A stretch of DNA of 58,101 nucleotides from NCBI GenBank assembly GCA_044344255.1, contig JBIJDH010000033.1, forward strand, positions 1-58,101. The letters run 5' to 3'. Below are positions 1 to 9,788 of this stretch, piece after piece (within the stretch, counting starts at the first letter, position 1; every line of letters starts with the position of its first letter). The position numbers and the translations under genes were made by a program. Under the pieces are notes generated by a model that worked only from the letters and a program-made list of their open reading frames with translations, made no database searches and was not told where the DNA came from. The DNA comes from Myxococcota bacterium (lineage in GTDB: Bacteria > Myxococcota_A > UBA796 > UBA2385).

Positions 1-792
1 ACCCCCACGGTCCCGAGGCCCAGCTCCTCCAGCAAGGTGGTCTCCTCCCAGAGGCGCGTCGTCGCCAGCTTCGAGGCTGGAAACAACACCCGGGCCACCA
101 CCAGCGCCAGCGCGATCTGCCGCTGCCCTTGAGCGCTCACCAGAAGTAGACCACTTCTGCTCACCGGAAGTAGTCCACCCCGGTTGGAGTTGCCACCGGT
201 CAGCTACGCTGGCGGCGGGGGGCGGGGGCCCCGCACGGAGGCCCTTCGATGAGCTTCCAGGGAGTCCTCAGGGGGCATCCATGGGAGCGGAAGTGCGAAC
301 CGGGGGCGCTCGAACGCCAGCTTTTCGGTGTTCGGCTGGCCGAACAACCTCATGAACCACCGAGGTGTCGACCGACCAAAGAGATAACTGAACCACCGAG
401 CCCTTGCAAGGACCAGCACGCAGGTGGACTACCCCTGGTGAGCACACCCCGGTCTACTTCCAATGAGCGCTGCAGCGCTGCCGGCTCGGCCGGGAGAGCA
501 GCACCTTGTCGAGCCCCAGATCGCGAAGAACCCCTAATACAACCTCGACATGACCGTAGGGCAGCGTCCGGACCACCTTCCGACAGAGGAGGTGGGTCTC
601 GTAGACCTTGTCCTTGTACCGACGCCGGATCGTGGCGACGTGGATGGCTTCACTGCGGGGTGGCATGACCCTCTCGTAGCCCACCAGCGCACGACCTGCA
701 ACCATGTTTACTGGCTACACGTGAATTCTTGACAATCGAGCAGAGCTCGACCTGGAGGCCCTTCTCGATGGATTGGTGAGCGCAACTTCGGG
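1..792 (-). mobile_element. IS1634-family element remnant (transposase pseudogene, runs off the left edge)
   Basis: Minus-strand peptides IHVATIRRRYKDKVYETHLL, RTLPYGHVEVVLGVLRDLGLDKVLLSRPSRQR and, after the 128-475 insertion, QIALALVVARVLFPASKLATTRLWEETTLLEELGLG resemble the N-terminus of IS1634 transposases. An internal segment appears deleted. Putative terminus CCCGAAGTT at 792-784. Confidence 0.75.
128..475. mobile_element. Non-autonomous miniature element with IS21-like multi-repeat ends, 7-bp target duplication
   Basis: Left end CTTGAGCGCTCACCAGAAGTAGACCAC...GCTCACCGGAAGTAGTCCACC versus right end (reverse complement) CTGCAGCGCTCATTGGAAGTAGACC...GCTCACCAGGGGTAGTCCACC. CGCTGCC is duplicated at 121-127 and 476-482. 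Removing the element restores the IS1634 frame. Confidence 0.8.
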
Positions 793-851
793 TTGAACCA
801 CGTGTTCCCGCCAGAGTCCAAGAGACCATTGTCTTCATCCATGATCTGGCC

Positions 852-3800
852 TCACGCCTTCCCGTGCGTCTGTATGAGCAGGCTTCGCACGGTTGCCAGT
901 GCGCCTGGAAAGTCAAAACCCGCCACCTGGCGCCCCAGGTGCATCGCTGTTGAACCGTATAGGGACAGAAGGACCGGCCTGCTCCTATCGAACAGGTCAC
1001 CGGCTGCAGCATCATCACTGGCCAGCAAGGTGGCCAGCTGTTCAAGCACCGTCCGCCCGTGTTGCGGGTCAGGAGCTGGACTGCCGGCGGCCACCTCGTC
1101 GGGCACTTGCGAAAGGACCGCTTCCAGGGCCTCCATTTCAGTTTTCAGGGACGTAACGAGGTCGCGTGCCAAAGCAATCTCATTGCTGCGCAGGGCTTTC
1201 TCCAACGCCACCGCGGCTGCATACAAGGCAGTAGCGCCCAGAGAACCGGCCGCGCCCTTGAGGGCGTGGGTGCGTTGTTTGGCGGCTTCGGCAAGGCCCG
1301 CGGCAAGCGCTTCCTGCAGGAATTTTGGGTCATCATGATGGTTGGTGGCCAACTGCCGCAACAACGCCACATAGGCGGCTGCCTTGCCACCCAGGGCCCG
1401 AAGTCCACGGGTGGTGTCCAGACCGGCAAACTCAGCCAAGGGGCGCGGCAGCGCGGTCACCGGTGGTGGCTGGGTGGGCGTCGTGGGCGGCGCCGCCATC
1501 AGACCCACGGCGGGTGCGGCCTCGTGCCCAACTGGCAACCATTTCAGGACGGTGGTGAAGAGCGTCTTGGGCTCAACCGGCTTGATGATGAAGTCATCCA
1601 TGCCTGCGCTTTGGCAGGCCTGGCGGTCCTCGTCATAGGCGTTGGCCGTCATGGCCAGGATGGGCCGGGTCTCCCAGCCAGGCAGTTTCCGGATGGCGCG
1701 GGTGGCGTCCAGGCCGTCCATGACGGGCATCTGCATGTCCATCAGAATCAGGTCGTAGTCTCGGGCCGAAGCCTTGGCCAACGCCTGTTCCCCGTCCACG
1801 GCCGTATCCACGGCCAAACCCACGCTGTACAGCAGCTCCAGCGCCACTTCGCGGTTGATGGGGTTGTCCTCAGCAAGCAACAACCACTTGCCGGGGGACC
1901 GCCGGCGCAGCTGCGCCTCAACATCCACCGAACCCTCCACCTTGCTGGCGGGCATTGCACCGTGGCCACGTTGCAGCCGGGCGGTGAACCAGAAGGTGCT
2001 GCCCACCCCCGGTGTGCTGTCAAAGCCAACGTCTCCGCCCATCATGTGGGCCAATTGTTTGGTGATGGCCAGCCCAAGGCCAGTTCCTCCGTACTTGCGC
2101 GCGGTGGAGGCATCCACCTGCTCAAAGGCCTGGAACAGGCGTTGCCGGTCCTCCAGCGTGATGCCAATGCCGGTGTCCTCCACCGAGAAGCGGACCAGCA
2201 AGCTGTTGTCGGCGTCTTCGAGCAGCATGGCGCTCAGCTTGACACGTCCTTTTTCGGTGAATTTGACCGCATTACTGGCGCAGTTGAGCAAGGCCTGGCG
2301 CAGCCGTAACGCATCCCCGCGCAGCCAGACCGGCACTGAATCACGGTCCAACTCAACCTTGAGGCCTTTCTCCTGTGCTGTGGGTGTGATAATGGACGCC
2401 ACGTTGTCAAGCACAGCCGAGAGGTTGAAGTCCGAGTCTTCCAACCGCATCTTGCTTGCTTCAATCTTGGAGAGGTCAAGAATGTCATTGATGATGGACA
2501 GCAGGTGCCGGCTTGCGTTGTCTATCTTGGTTAGCCGGTCTGCCTGCTCCGGTGTAACGCCCGCGCGTTGCATCAGGTGGGTGAGGCCAATGATGGCGTT
2601 CATGGGCGTGCGAATCTCATGGCTCATGTTGGCCAGGAAGGTGCTCTTGGCAATGGTGGCGGCTTCTGCCTGCTGCCGTGCAGCGGTAAGTTCCGCAGTG
2701 CGCTGCGCCACCAGGTCCTCCAGGTGGAAGCGGTGCTTGTCCAGCTCCGCGCCCAAGCGCTTTCTCTCCGTGATGTCATCCTTCACCGCCACAAAGTGGC
2801 TGAGCTTCCCGTCTGATTGGCGCAGTGGCGAGATGGTGGCAAACTCGGTGTATTCCGTGCCGTCTTTCTTGCGGTTGGTGAATTCTCCCCTCCAGGGAAG
2901 TCCCTTGGTGAGTTCGGCCCACATGGCGGTGTAGGTTTCCCGGGGCGTCCTGCCAGACTGAAGTACGCGGGGGTTCTGCCCAATCAACTCATCACGGGTG
3001 TAGCCGGAAACCTGCAAGAACGCGTCATTGGCGTACTCAATGGAACCATCCATCTTGGTGATCACAATGCTTTCAGAACTCTGGTCAATGGCCAGGGACA
3101 GCTTGCGCAACGTTGCTTCACTTTCCTCTGCCTTCTTCTGGTCGGCCAGGGCGTCTTCCATCAGGCTCAACGCCGCACGGGAGGACTGCCGCTGGACCTC
3201 CAGGGCAGCGCTCATCTCGGCCAGACGCCGGGACTCGCTTTTGGCCAACTGAAGGTCGGCCCGCTTGCGCTCCGTGATGTCATTGATGGACAGGAACGCC
3301 AACTTCTCACTGTTGGCGCTGGGGATGAGCCACCCGGAATAGGAGAGGATCTTCTCCCAGCCCTGATCAACCCGGCGCAACCGGGTTTCCCAGCTGTGCA
3401 GTCTTTCGCCGCGAAGGACACGGCTCATGGGCCACTCCTCCACCGGCAGCACGCGCTCCTCGTTGAGTGGCCGGAACTCAAACACGGCGGCATACCCGTC
3501 CAGCGTGCGCCGGTAGTCATCCATGCTGGCAAAGCCGTTCATCGCCAGGGCCGTTGGGTTCCAGTAGAAAGGAATCCCGTGATGATCGGCCATGATCAGG
3601 CCCTCGGTGAGGTTCTCCATCACCGCCGCCAACCGGTACTTGGTCTCCTCCACCGCCGCCTCAGCCTGTTTGCGTTCGGTGATGTCCCGGGCAATGCCGT
3701 AGAGGCCAATGATCTCCCCGTGCTTGTCCTGGATGGGATACTTCCGGTTGTCCACCCAACCCTTTTTGCCATCCTTGGCCAGAGTCTCCTGGACTTCCTG

Positions 3801-4385
3801 TGCCACCGGCATTCCGGAGAAGATCTGCTTCTCCAGACGATAGTAGGTATCCGCGTATTCTTCAGGGAATACATCGTAGTCCGTATGGCCAAGGAGATCA
3901 GTCCAATGTTCCGCAGGATGGCACAGGGACACCAACGTCTGGCTGGCCCCGGTGAAGACGTGATAGCGGTCCTTGAAGTAGATGTAATCATTGGTAGTTT
4001 CCATCATGGCCGTGAAGTTGACCATGGGGGAAGCATCAGGAAGCGTCCGCTTCAGCGTTCTTGCATCCTGCAAGAGCAGATGGAGCACCAAGCCGTCCGG
4101 GCTGGACTCTTTGGTGTACTCCCCACATATGCAGCGAATGCGCCCGTCGGCATGCCTGAACCGGATGTTGAAGGTGCCGGACGTGCCCGGTTCACCAGAG
4201 GAGAACAGCGTGCCGGCAATGTCAGCGTCATGGGGGTGGATGTGTTGCTTCAGGGACACCCGCCCGGACAGGTAGTCATCCGCCGGGAAGCCCAGGAGAG
4301 CCTCAAGACCGCCGGAGACGGACAACACCGGCAGTGCCCCCGTCAAGGCGACACGGAATCTTGCTTCAAGAACGCTGTCAGACAT
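852..4385 (-). CDS. Multi-PAS hybrid sensor histidine kinase (PAS domains, HisKA, HATPase, REC, Hpt)
   Basis: H-box [17 protein letters not shown]-box NAVKFT, G boxes DTGIG and GGTGLGL, receiver LAEDN...DMQMPVMDG...KP, Hpt HALKGAAG. Confidence 0.95.
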   Translation of the reverse strand: MSDSVLEARFRVALTGALPVLSVSGGLEALLGFPADDYLSGRVSLKQHIHPHDADIAGTLFSSGEPGTSGTFNIRFRHADGRIRCICGEYTKESSPDGLVLHLLLQDARTLKRTLPDASPMVNFTAMMETTNDYIYFKDRYHVFTGASQTLVSLCHPAEHWTDLLGHTDYDVFPEEYADTYYRLEKQIFSGMPVAQEVQETLAKDGKKGWVDNRKYPIQDKHGEIIGLYGIARDITERKQAEAAVEETKYRLAAVMENLTEGLIMADHHGIPFYWNPTALAMNGFASMDDYRRTLDGYAAVFEFRPLNEERVLPVEEWPMSRVLRGERLHSWETRLRRVDQGWEKILSYSGWLIPSANSEKLAFLSINDITERKRADLQLAKSESRRLAEMSAALEVQRQSSRAALSLMEDALADQKKAEESEATLRKLSLAIDQSSESIVITKMDGSIEYANDAFLQVSGYTRDELIGQNPRVLQSGRTPRETYTAMWAELTKGLPWRGEFTNRKKDGTEYTEFATISPLRQSDGKLSHFVAVKDDITERKRLGAELDKHRFHLEDLVAQRTAELTAARQQAEAATIAKSTFLANMSHEIRTPMNAIIGLTHLMQRAGVTPEQADRLTKIDNASRHLLSIINDILDLSKIEASKMRLEDSDFNLSAVLDNVASIITPTAQEKGLKVELDRDSVPVWLRGDALRLRQALLNCASNAVKFTEKGRVKLSAMLLEDADNSLLVRFSVEDTGIGITLEDRQRLFQAFEQVDASTARKYGGTGLGLAITKQLAHMMGGDVGFDSTPGVGSTFWFTARLQRGHGAMPASKVEGSVDVEAQLRRRSPGKWLLLAEDNPINREVALELLYSVGLAVDTAVDGEQALAKASARDYDLILMDMQMPVMDGLDATRAIRKLPGWETRPILAMTANAYDEDRQACQSAGMDDFIIKPVEPKTLFTTVLKWLPVGHEAAPAVGLMAAPPTTPTQPPPVTALPRPLAEFAGLDTTRGLRALGGKAAAYVALLRQLATNHHDDPKFLQEALAAGLAEAAKQRTHALKGAAGSLGATALYAAAVALEKALRSNEIALARDLVTSLKTEMEALEAVLSQVPDEVAAGSPAPDPQHGRTVLEQLATLLASDDAAAGDLFDRSRPVLLSLYGSTAMHLGRQVAGFDFPGALATVRSLLIQTHGKA

Positions 4386-4645
4386 CGCGCTGCCCCGCTT
4401 CGGTCATCGTTTGGTCCAAGAGGGAGGGGGTGCGGGCCAAAGAGATGGTGGGACCGGCCTCCACGCCGGTCTGGATGAGCAGAACCTCGTGCGCCCAACC
4501 CGCACCAGCACCCGGGCAGGCTGGGGTGTTGACCGCAACAGAGGGCGGTCCCACCGGCTCCCTGGGCCCGCGGCGTCTGGGGGAGGAATTGCCAGCAAGG
4601 TATGCCTACAGGCTGGAACGCTGCAGCTGAGGCTTTGGCGCGCGC

Positions 4646-7348
4646 TCATGCGTCACCTTCACCCGGCTTCACCTGCGTCTGGGTGACGCCCGCACCGGGG
4701 CCCGCCTGCTGGTGGTCAGCGTATCGGGGCGGCTGCCCGGACCGGGCCAGAAGCTCGTTGACCTCCTGCTTGATGGACATGATGCGGTTTTCGCGGCCCA
4801 GCATGGTCTTCTGCCAGCGGTGCAGTTCATCAAGTTGTTCATGCAATTGGGACTCTGTCTTCTTCTGTTCGGTGATGTCGCGGATGTGGCCATGCCAGAG
4901 GGTTCCCCCGTCAGCTGCGCGTTCGGGTGTGGACTCGCCTTCCACCCAGATGGTCCGACCATCCGGGTGGTTGATTCTGTATTGGTCACGCCAGATGGTG
5001 AGGGCCCGGGCGGAGGTTTGGATGGTCTCACTGACCCGCTGGAGATCATCTGGATGAATCACTCTGAACACGGCCCCAGCATCCGTGCTGACCATTTCGG
5101 GCAGCACGCCATAGACGTCTATGATTCCGGCACTGGCATATGGAAAGTGGGAGGAACCGTCCGGCCGGAGATGGTATTGGCAGAGCATGCCGGGGACATG
5201 CCGCGCCAAGCGGTCCACCCGCGTCAGGGCTGACAGGACTGCGTCTTCGGCCCGCGTCCGCTCGGTGATGTCCAGCACAACCTGCATCAGCAGCGGCGGC
5301 TCGTCGTGGGTCATCTCAACATGAACTTCCACCGGGTAGAGCGCGCCATCCTTGCAGCGGTGATACGACGTGAAGCGGAGACTGCGTTGCTCTCCGGACA
5401 GCAAAGGAGCGAGCAGCGCCGCATAGGATTCACGGTTGACGTCCGGCTTCAGGTCCAGCGGGGTCATTCTTTCCAGTTCTTTCAATGAGTAACCAATCTT
5501 GTCCAATGCGCCTTGGTTGGCATCCAGGAAGAACAGGGTTTGCGGGTTCAGAATGTAGATTTCATTGTTGGAATGGTCAATGGCGCGGCCAAACCGGGTG
5601 AGCTTGTTCCTGGCGCGGTTGCGCTGCATAAGATGCCATATTTCAGAGGATATCAGTTGCACGGTTTCAACATCAAAGTCGGTATAGTCCGTCTTCTTGT
5701 TGCCCACCCCCGTCATCATCACAACCTTGCCGTCCTCAATCACCGGCACCGAGATGAGCCGGCGCATTGGGGAATGTCCTTCGGGCAGGCCTTTCTTGTG
5801 CGGGTAGTTTGCGTAGTCGTTGAAGACCACCGGCTTGATTTCGCGCAGCGCGTCTGCCCAGATACCTGCCTGGCTCAGTGGGTAGTGTGAGTCGTGTGCA
5901 GCGGTGCAATAGTGCTCAAGCGTCCGGCGTGACCACGTCACCAATTCAATTTCCTCGCCGCCATGATTCACAAAGTGGATGAAGGAGATTTCGCTGCCGG
6001 TCAGGTCTTCTGCCATTTCCTGGCCGCGCTGTATGAAACTCTTCTCATTTAACTGTTCCGCAATGCTGGGCAGCTCCAGCAGCGCCTTGACCCGCTTCGC
6101 CTGCTTCTGCAGGACAGCTTCATCTTCCTTGAGCTTGGTGATGTCACGCGTCAAGATGACATACCGTTCGCTTCCGTCCTGGGCCATGGTCTTGCGGGCT
6201 GCGGAAAGCTCAAACCATCGGAGGGGGCCCTTTTGCAGCTGCAACGGGTACCTTCTTCCGTGCGACAGCCCGGTTTCCCGGGCTTCCTGGATTGCCGCCA
6301 GGAAAACCTCCGCCGGTTCCTTGGGCAGGCTTTCTCGTACGGTCTTGTTCAAGAACGCTTCAGGAGAGATGGGGAGCTGCTCAGGGTTGGCGGAATGGAA
6401 TCCAAGGATGTAGCCCTCCTGGTCCGCTTCAAACATCACATCCGGCAGGGCGTTGAGTGTGGCCTGGATTTGCGCTTGTGATGCATTGAGCTGCTGGAAC
6501 GGCCACTCCACAGTCAACACAAAAACCGCCCGGTAAACGCACAGGTAGGCTATGACTTTGTAGATGTGTCCCAGCAGGTTGTAGATATCCGTGGCATCTG
6601 TATAGAGCGTGAGAAAGAACTCACTCATGGCCATCACGCAAACGGCGCCAAAGAGCATCACGGCATTGAAGGACTGTGCCTGGCGCATGCGCCACAGCAG
6701 TGCGACGGCTGCTGCGGAATTGAGGGCAATGATGGCGTACTCAGAAGAGATCTTGAAGACCGTGAGCCCTTGACCTGGGATGAAAGTCCGCGGGAGCAAA
6801 TCTGGGTGCCAGAGGATGACCCAATGGGAGACCGCAACCACAAGCGCTGTGGCTGCCATCACCACCCAATGCCGTGCGCGGGATGCCGGAGAACGCCAAG
6901 GTGAGACGGCGACCATGAGCAGCACCGCCGCTGCCAACGCGCGCGCCACCAGCCAGAAGGTGATGGATTTCTCCACCCCGCTGGGCGTGACGTAGTCCGG
7001 CATGCCGTTGTATGAGAGGATATGGGAGAAATCCAGCAGGCCCACGCCAAGAAAGACCGAGCCCAAAAGCACGATGTTGGCTGGCAGTTTCTTGCTGAAG
7101 GTTGTCCATGAGATGGCGAAGATCAGGATTGCAATGACAATGCTGACCATTTCCAGAAAGCTGTGCAGCGGCAGGTATTGGGCCAGGCCGCGTGCTGCCT
7201 CCATGGGTGGGATGGCCATGGACAGCAGCACACCCAACAGCAAAACCGCAATCATGCCTGTGGTTTTGCGCATTGCGGGGAGGTGGCTGGGGTGGAGCCC
7301 CAGGGGGCCACGCGTCAGGTCTGGATGAGGCTTTGTGGAAGGGCTCAT
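4646..7348 (-). CDS. MASE3-PAS-GAF-PAS-PAS membrane sensor without an enzymatic output domain
   Basis: N-terminal multi-TM region (HSFLEMVSIVIA, DFSHILSYNGMP, LLGHIYK) typical of MASE3, then PAS, GAF (NDY..YPHKKGLPEGH, VGNK..DY) and two PAS/PAC units. Start uncertain: TTG 7369, ATG 7348 or a later ATG. Confidence 0.85.
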   Translation of the reverse strand: MSPSTKPHPDLTRGPLGLHPSHLPAMRKTTGMIAVLLLGVLLSMAIPPMEAARGLAQYLPLHSFLEMVSIVIAILIFAISWTTFSKKLPANIVLLGSVFLGVGLLDFSHILSYNGMPDYVTPSGVEKSITFWLVARALAAAVLLMVAVSPWRSPASRARHWVVMAATALVVAVSHWVILWHPDLLPRTFIPGQGLTVFKISSEYAIIALNSAAAVALLWRMRQAQSFNAVMLFGAVCVMAMSEFFLTLYTDATDIYNLLGHIYKVIAYLCVYRAVFVLTVEWPFQQLNASQAQIQATLNALPDVMFEADQEGYILGFHSANPEQLPISPEAFLNKTVRESLPKEPAEVFLAAIQEARETGLSHGRRYPLQLQKGPLRWFELSAARKTMAQDGSERYVILTRDITKLKEDEAVLQKQAKRVKALLELPSIAEQLNEKSFIQRGQEMAEDLTGSEISFIHFVNHGGEEIELVTWSRRTLEHYCTAAHDSHYPLSQAGIWADALREIKPVVFNDYANYPHKKGLPEGHSPMRRLISVPVIEDGKVVMMTGVGNKKTDYTDFDVETVQLISSEIWHLMQRNRARNKLTRFGRAIDHSNNEIYILNPQTLFFLDANQGALDKIGYSLKELERMTPLDLKPDVNRESYAALLAPLLSGEQRSLRFTSYHRCKDGALYPVEVHVEMTHDEPPLLMQVVLDITERTRAEDAVLSALTRVDRLARHVPGMLCQYHLRPDGSSHFPYASAGIIDVYGVLPEMVSTDAGAVFRVIHPDDLQRVSETIQTSARALTIWRDQYRINHPDGRTIWVEGESTPERAADGGTLWHGHIRDITEQKKTESQLHEQLDELHRWQKTMLGRENRIMSIKQEVNELLARSGQPPRYADHQQAGPGAGVTQTQVKPGEGDA

Positions 7349-7370
7349 GGGGTCAGTTGTGCCGGTCAAT

Positions 7371-7406
7371 TTGGTGTTCAGGGGATCATTGGTGTTCAGG
7401 GGATCA
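7371..7406. repeat. 18-bp tandem duplication
   Basis: TTGGTGTTCAGGGGATCA twice in succession, overlapping the stop codon of the HD-GYP gene. Confidence 0.9.
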
Positions 7407-8486
7407 TTTGTCCCGGTGGCTCTCGGCTATCGTCACAAAAGCATCGAAATTCCCAACAAACACATCGGTCATGTCGGGGTCAAAATGTTTGCCGCGTCCA
7501 GCCATGATGATGTCACGTGCCTCAGAATACGGCATGGCGGTCTTGTAGACACGCGGCGAGATGAGCGCGTCAAAGACGTCAGCCAGAGCCATCAGGCGTG
7601 CAGAGATGGGGATTCCCTGGCCTGCCAGACCATCCGGATACCCGCTGCCATCCCACTTCTCATGATGCCAATGGGCAATTTCCTTGGCCAGAATCAGAAA
7701 CTCCAAGGGTGTTTCAATGTCCCGCTCTGCCTGTTCCAAGGCATCCGAGCCAAGCTTGGCATGGGTCTTCATGACTTGCCATTCCTCTGGCGTGAGTGCG
7801 CCGGGTTTGAGAAGGATGTTGTCAGGAATACCCACCTTGCCAATGTCATGCAGAGGTGCGGATTTGGCCAGTAGGTCAATGTTGCGAGCGGTCAGGAATG
7901 GTGAGAAACGCGCATGCCGCTGCAGTCCAGTTGCCATGCGGTGCACGTACGCCTGGGTGCGCAAAATGTGGTTGCCGGTTTCTGGGTCGCGCGTTTCGGC
8001 AAGGTGCGCCAAGGCGCGGATGCTGAGCCTCTGGGTGAGGTCATTTTCCACCATGCGCCGGGAGACTTCTGCTTCCAGGATGGCGTTCTTGTCTTTGAGC
8101 CAGTCACGGGTGTGCTTGGCTTCAAGTTGTGTGCGCACCCGGGCCATCACCAAGGTGGGCTTGATGGGCTTGGCAATATAGTCCACGGCACCCAACGCCA
8201 GACCGCGCTCTTCGTCATCCAGGTCAGAGAGTGCGGTCACAAAGATGACCGGGATGTCTGCGGTGGCAGGGTTGCTGCGCAGACGCTCCAGCACGCTGTA
8301 ACCATCCATTCCAGGCATCATCACGTCCAGTAAGATGAGGTCTGGATGGGGTTCGCTGGTTGCCACGCGCAGCGCGTTCTCGCCGGAATTTGCCGCGCGA
8401 ACGTGATACCCCGGGCGCAAGAGATGCGACAGCACCGAGAGGTTGGCGGGTTCATCATCAACAATCAGGATGGTTGCTTGGTCCAT
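7404..8486 (-). CDS. RpfG-family response regulator (REC + HD-GYP phosphodiesterase)
   Basis: ILIVDD...LLDVMMP...KP receiver; HDIGK and HHEKWDGSGYP motifs. Start placed at MDQATIL. Confidence 0.95.
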   Translation of the reverse strand: MDQATILIVDDEPANLSVLSHLLRPGYHVRAANSGENALRVATSEPHPDLILLDVMMPGMDGYSVLERLRSNPATADIPVIFVTALSDLDDEERGLALGAVDYIAKPIKPTLVMARVRTQLEAKHTRDWLKDKNAILEAEVSRRMVENDLTQRLSIRALAHLAETRDPETGNHILRTQAYVHRMATGLQRHARFSPFLTARNIDLLAKSAPLHDIGKVGIPDNILLKPGALTPEEWQVMKTHAKLGSDALEQAERDIETPLEFLILAKEIAHWHHEKWDGSGYPDGLAGQGIPISARLMALADVFDALISPRVYKTAMPYSEARDIIMAGRGKHFDPDMTDVFVGNFDAFVTIAESHRDK

Positions 8487-8585
8487 TGCGGTTATCCATG
8501 TGCGGGTGGAGTGTCCAACCACGACGTGCAAAATGTTCGAATCATTGCGCAATTGCATGATGGCGCGGCCGCCGGTCCAGGGGGA

Positions 8586-9700
8586 GGGGATAGGGCGCAT
8601 GAACGGCGGGGAGCAGTCATGGCGCTCAGCCTACCACAGGTCCCCGCGACCGTCGCCCTCCCGGGGTACGGCCCCGAGAGGGTGTCTTTTGCCCCGATCT
8701 CGGGTGCCCTGCCAAAGCTCGCGGCCCGGTCCCGCGGCAAACCCGCCCTCCGGGCATCGCCCTCAGGCCACGGCAGCGGGTGGGCCCCGGGAGGCCGCTG
8801 CGCTCCGACGCAGGTTCACGAGCACTTCGCTCGTCGTCGGGCCGCCTTCGAATACGGCGCGGAGGGTCATGCGGCTGCCACAGCCCGGGCACCGTCCGCC
8901 ATCTTCCGCGAACACCCGATAGAAGATCTCGCCCCAGGAAGGCCGGAGGCGCTTGCTTTCAGCGGCTCCTTCTGCCGCCGCAGCCGCGGGAAGGGAGTCG
9001 TCGCTGACCGGGTTGGCGCCTGTGCGACGACCGCCCACCGCAGCGAGGCATTCCCGGTGGGTACCCCGTGGTAGACGATCGTGTTCGCCCGGGGCGGAGG
9101 GATCAGCGCCACCAGCCGGGACACTTGCGCCTCCGCGGTGGGTGAGAGGGCCGCCGTCCCATCTTCAGAGATCCGCTTCATCGTGAAACGAACCCGCCCT
9201 CCGGCTCCACCTCCAAGCGGTCCACGGCCAGCGGGGTCCTACCGACCGTGCCGAGCAGATATCGGCCGAGCCGCTGCAGCCCTTCCCGATACTTCCGCCT
9301 CCATCACGACCCCGGCGTGGAGGTTCCACCCGTCGCAGGAGGCGCAGAGCGGCGGGAGCTCCCGCTCCCTCCCCCCGATGCGCTGAACCCGGCGCGCCAC
9401 CCTCGTCGAGGCCCCTCTCACCACGGAGTACCCCGCCACAGCGGCGGCCTTGAAGAGGCGCATCCCTTCGTCGTCGGCCTCTTCCGCCGCGTCCTCTGGC
9501 CCATGGCCCTGTGGTGCCAGCCCGCGCTTCGCAGGCTGTCGCGATCTCCTCGATCAGCGCCTCCACATCGGATGGGTGGGCTCGTGCCGGCCGAAACCGG
9601 ACACCGCCCTCCTTCCCACGCACACAGCCCCCATCCACGAACAGCACGTGGAAGTGGGGGTTCAAGTTGAGGGCGGAGCCGAAGGGCGGCGGCATGGCCC
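8586..9700 (-). pseudogene. IS91/ISCR-family (Y2) transposase, frameshifted and 5'-truncated, with an oriIS-like end
   Basis: FGSALNLNPHFHVLFVDG (HUH), GWNLHAGV, RLVALIPPPRANTIVYHGV and SWGEIFYRVF..DGGRCPGCGSRM lie in different frames. GTTCATGCGCCCTATCCCC on the minus strand at about 8604-8586 resembles oriIS. Confidence 0.85.
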
Positions 9701-9712
9701 CGAAGGGCCATT

Positions 9713-9753
9713 GGAGGGCGCCGCGGGGCCGTAGGAGGGCGCCGCGGGGCCGT
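9713..9753. repeat. 21-bp tandem duplication
   Basis: GGAGGGCGCCGCGGGGCCGT(A) twice, beside the truncated end of the IS91 remnant. Confidence 0.8.
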
Positions 9754-9788
9754 CGGCCCGCCCGATGTCGGGAGGGAGGGGAGCCGGG

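Larger units (their letters stand above)
793..8585. other. Compositionally distinct (lower-GC) three-gene signalling cassette, probably horizontally acquired
   Basis: Visibly more A/T-rich, with more A/T-ending codons, than sequence after 8590; bounded by IS remnants on both sides. GC content was judged by eye, not computed. Confidence 0.7.

Noticed and set aside
4404..4649. 81-aa ORF overlapping the MASE3 stop codon
   Set aside because: No recognisable motif and non-protein-like composition; possibly a gene remnant, but not supportable.
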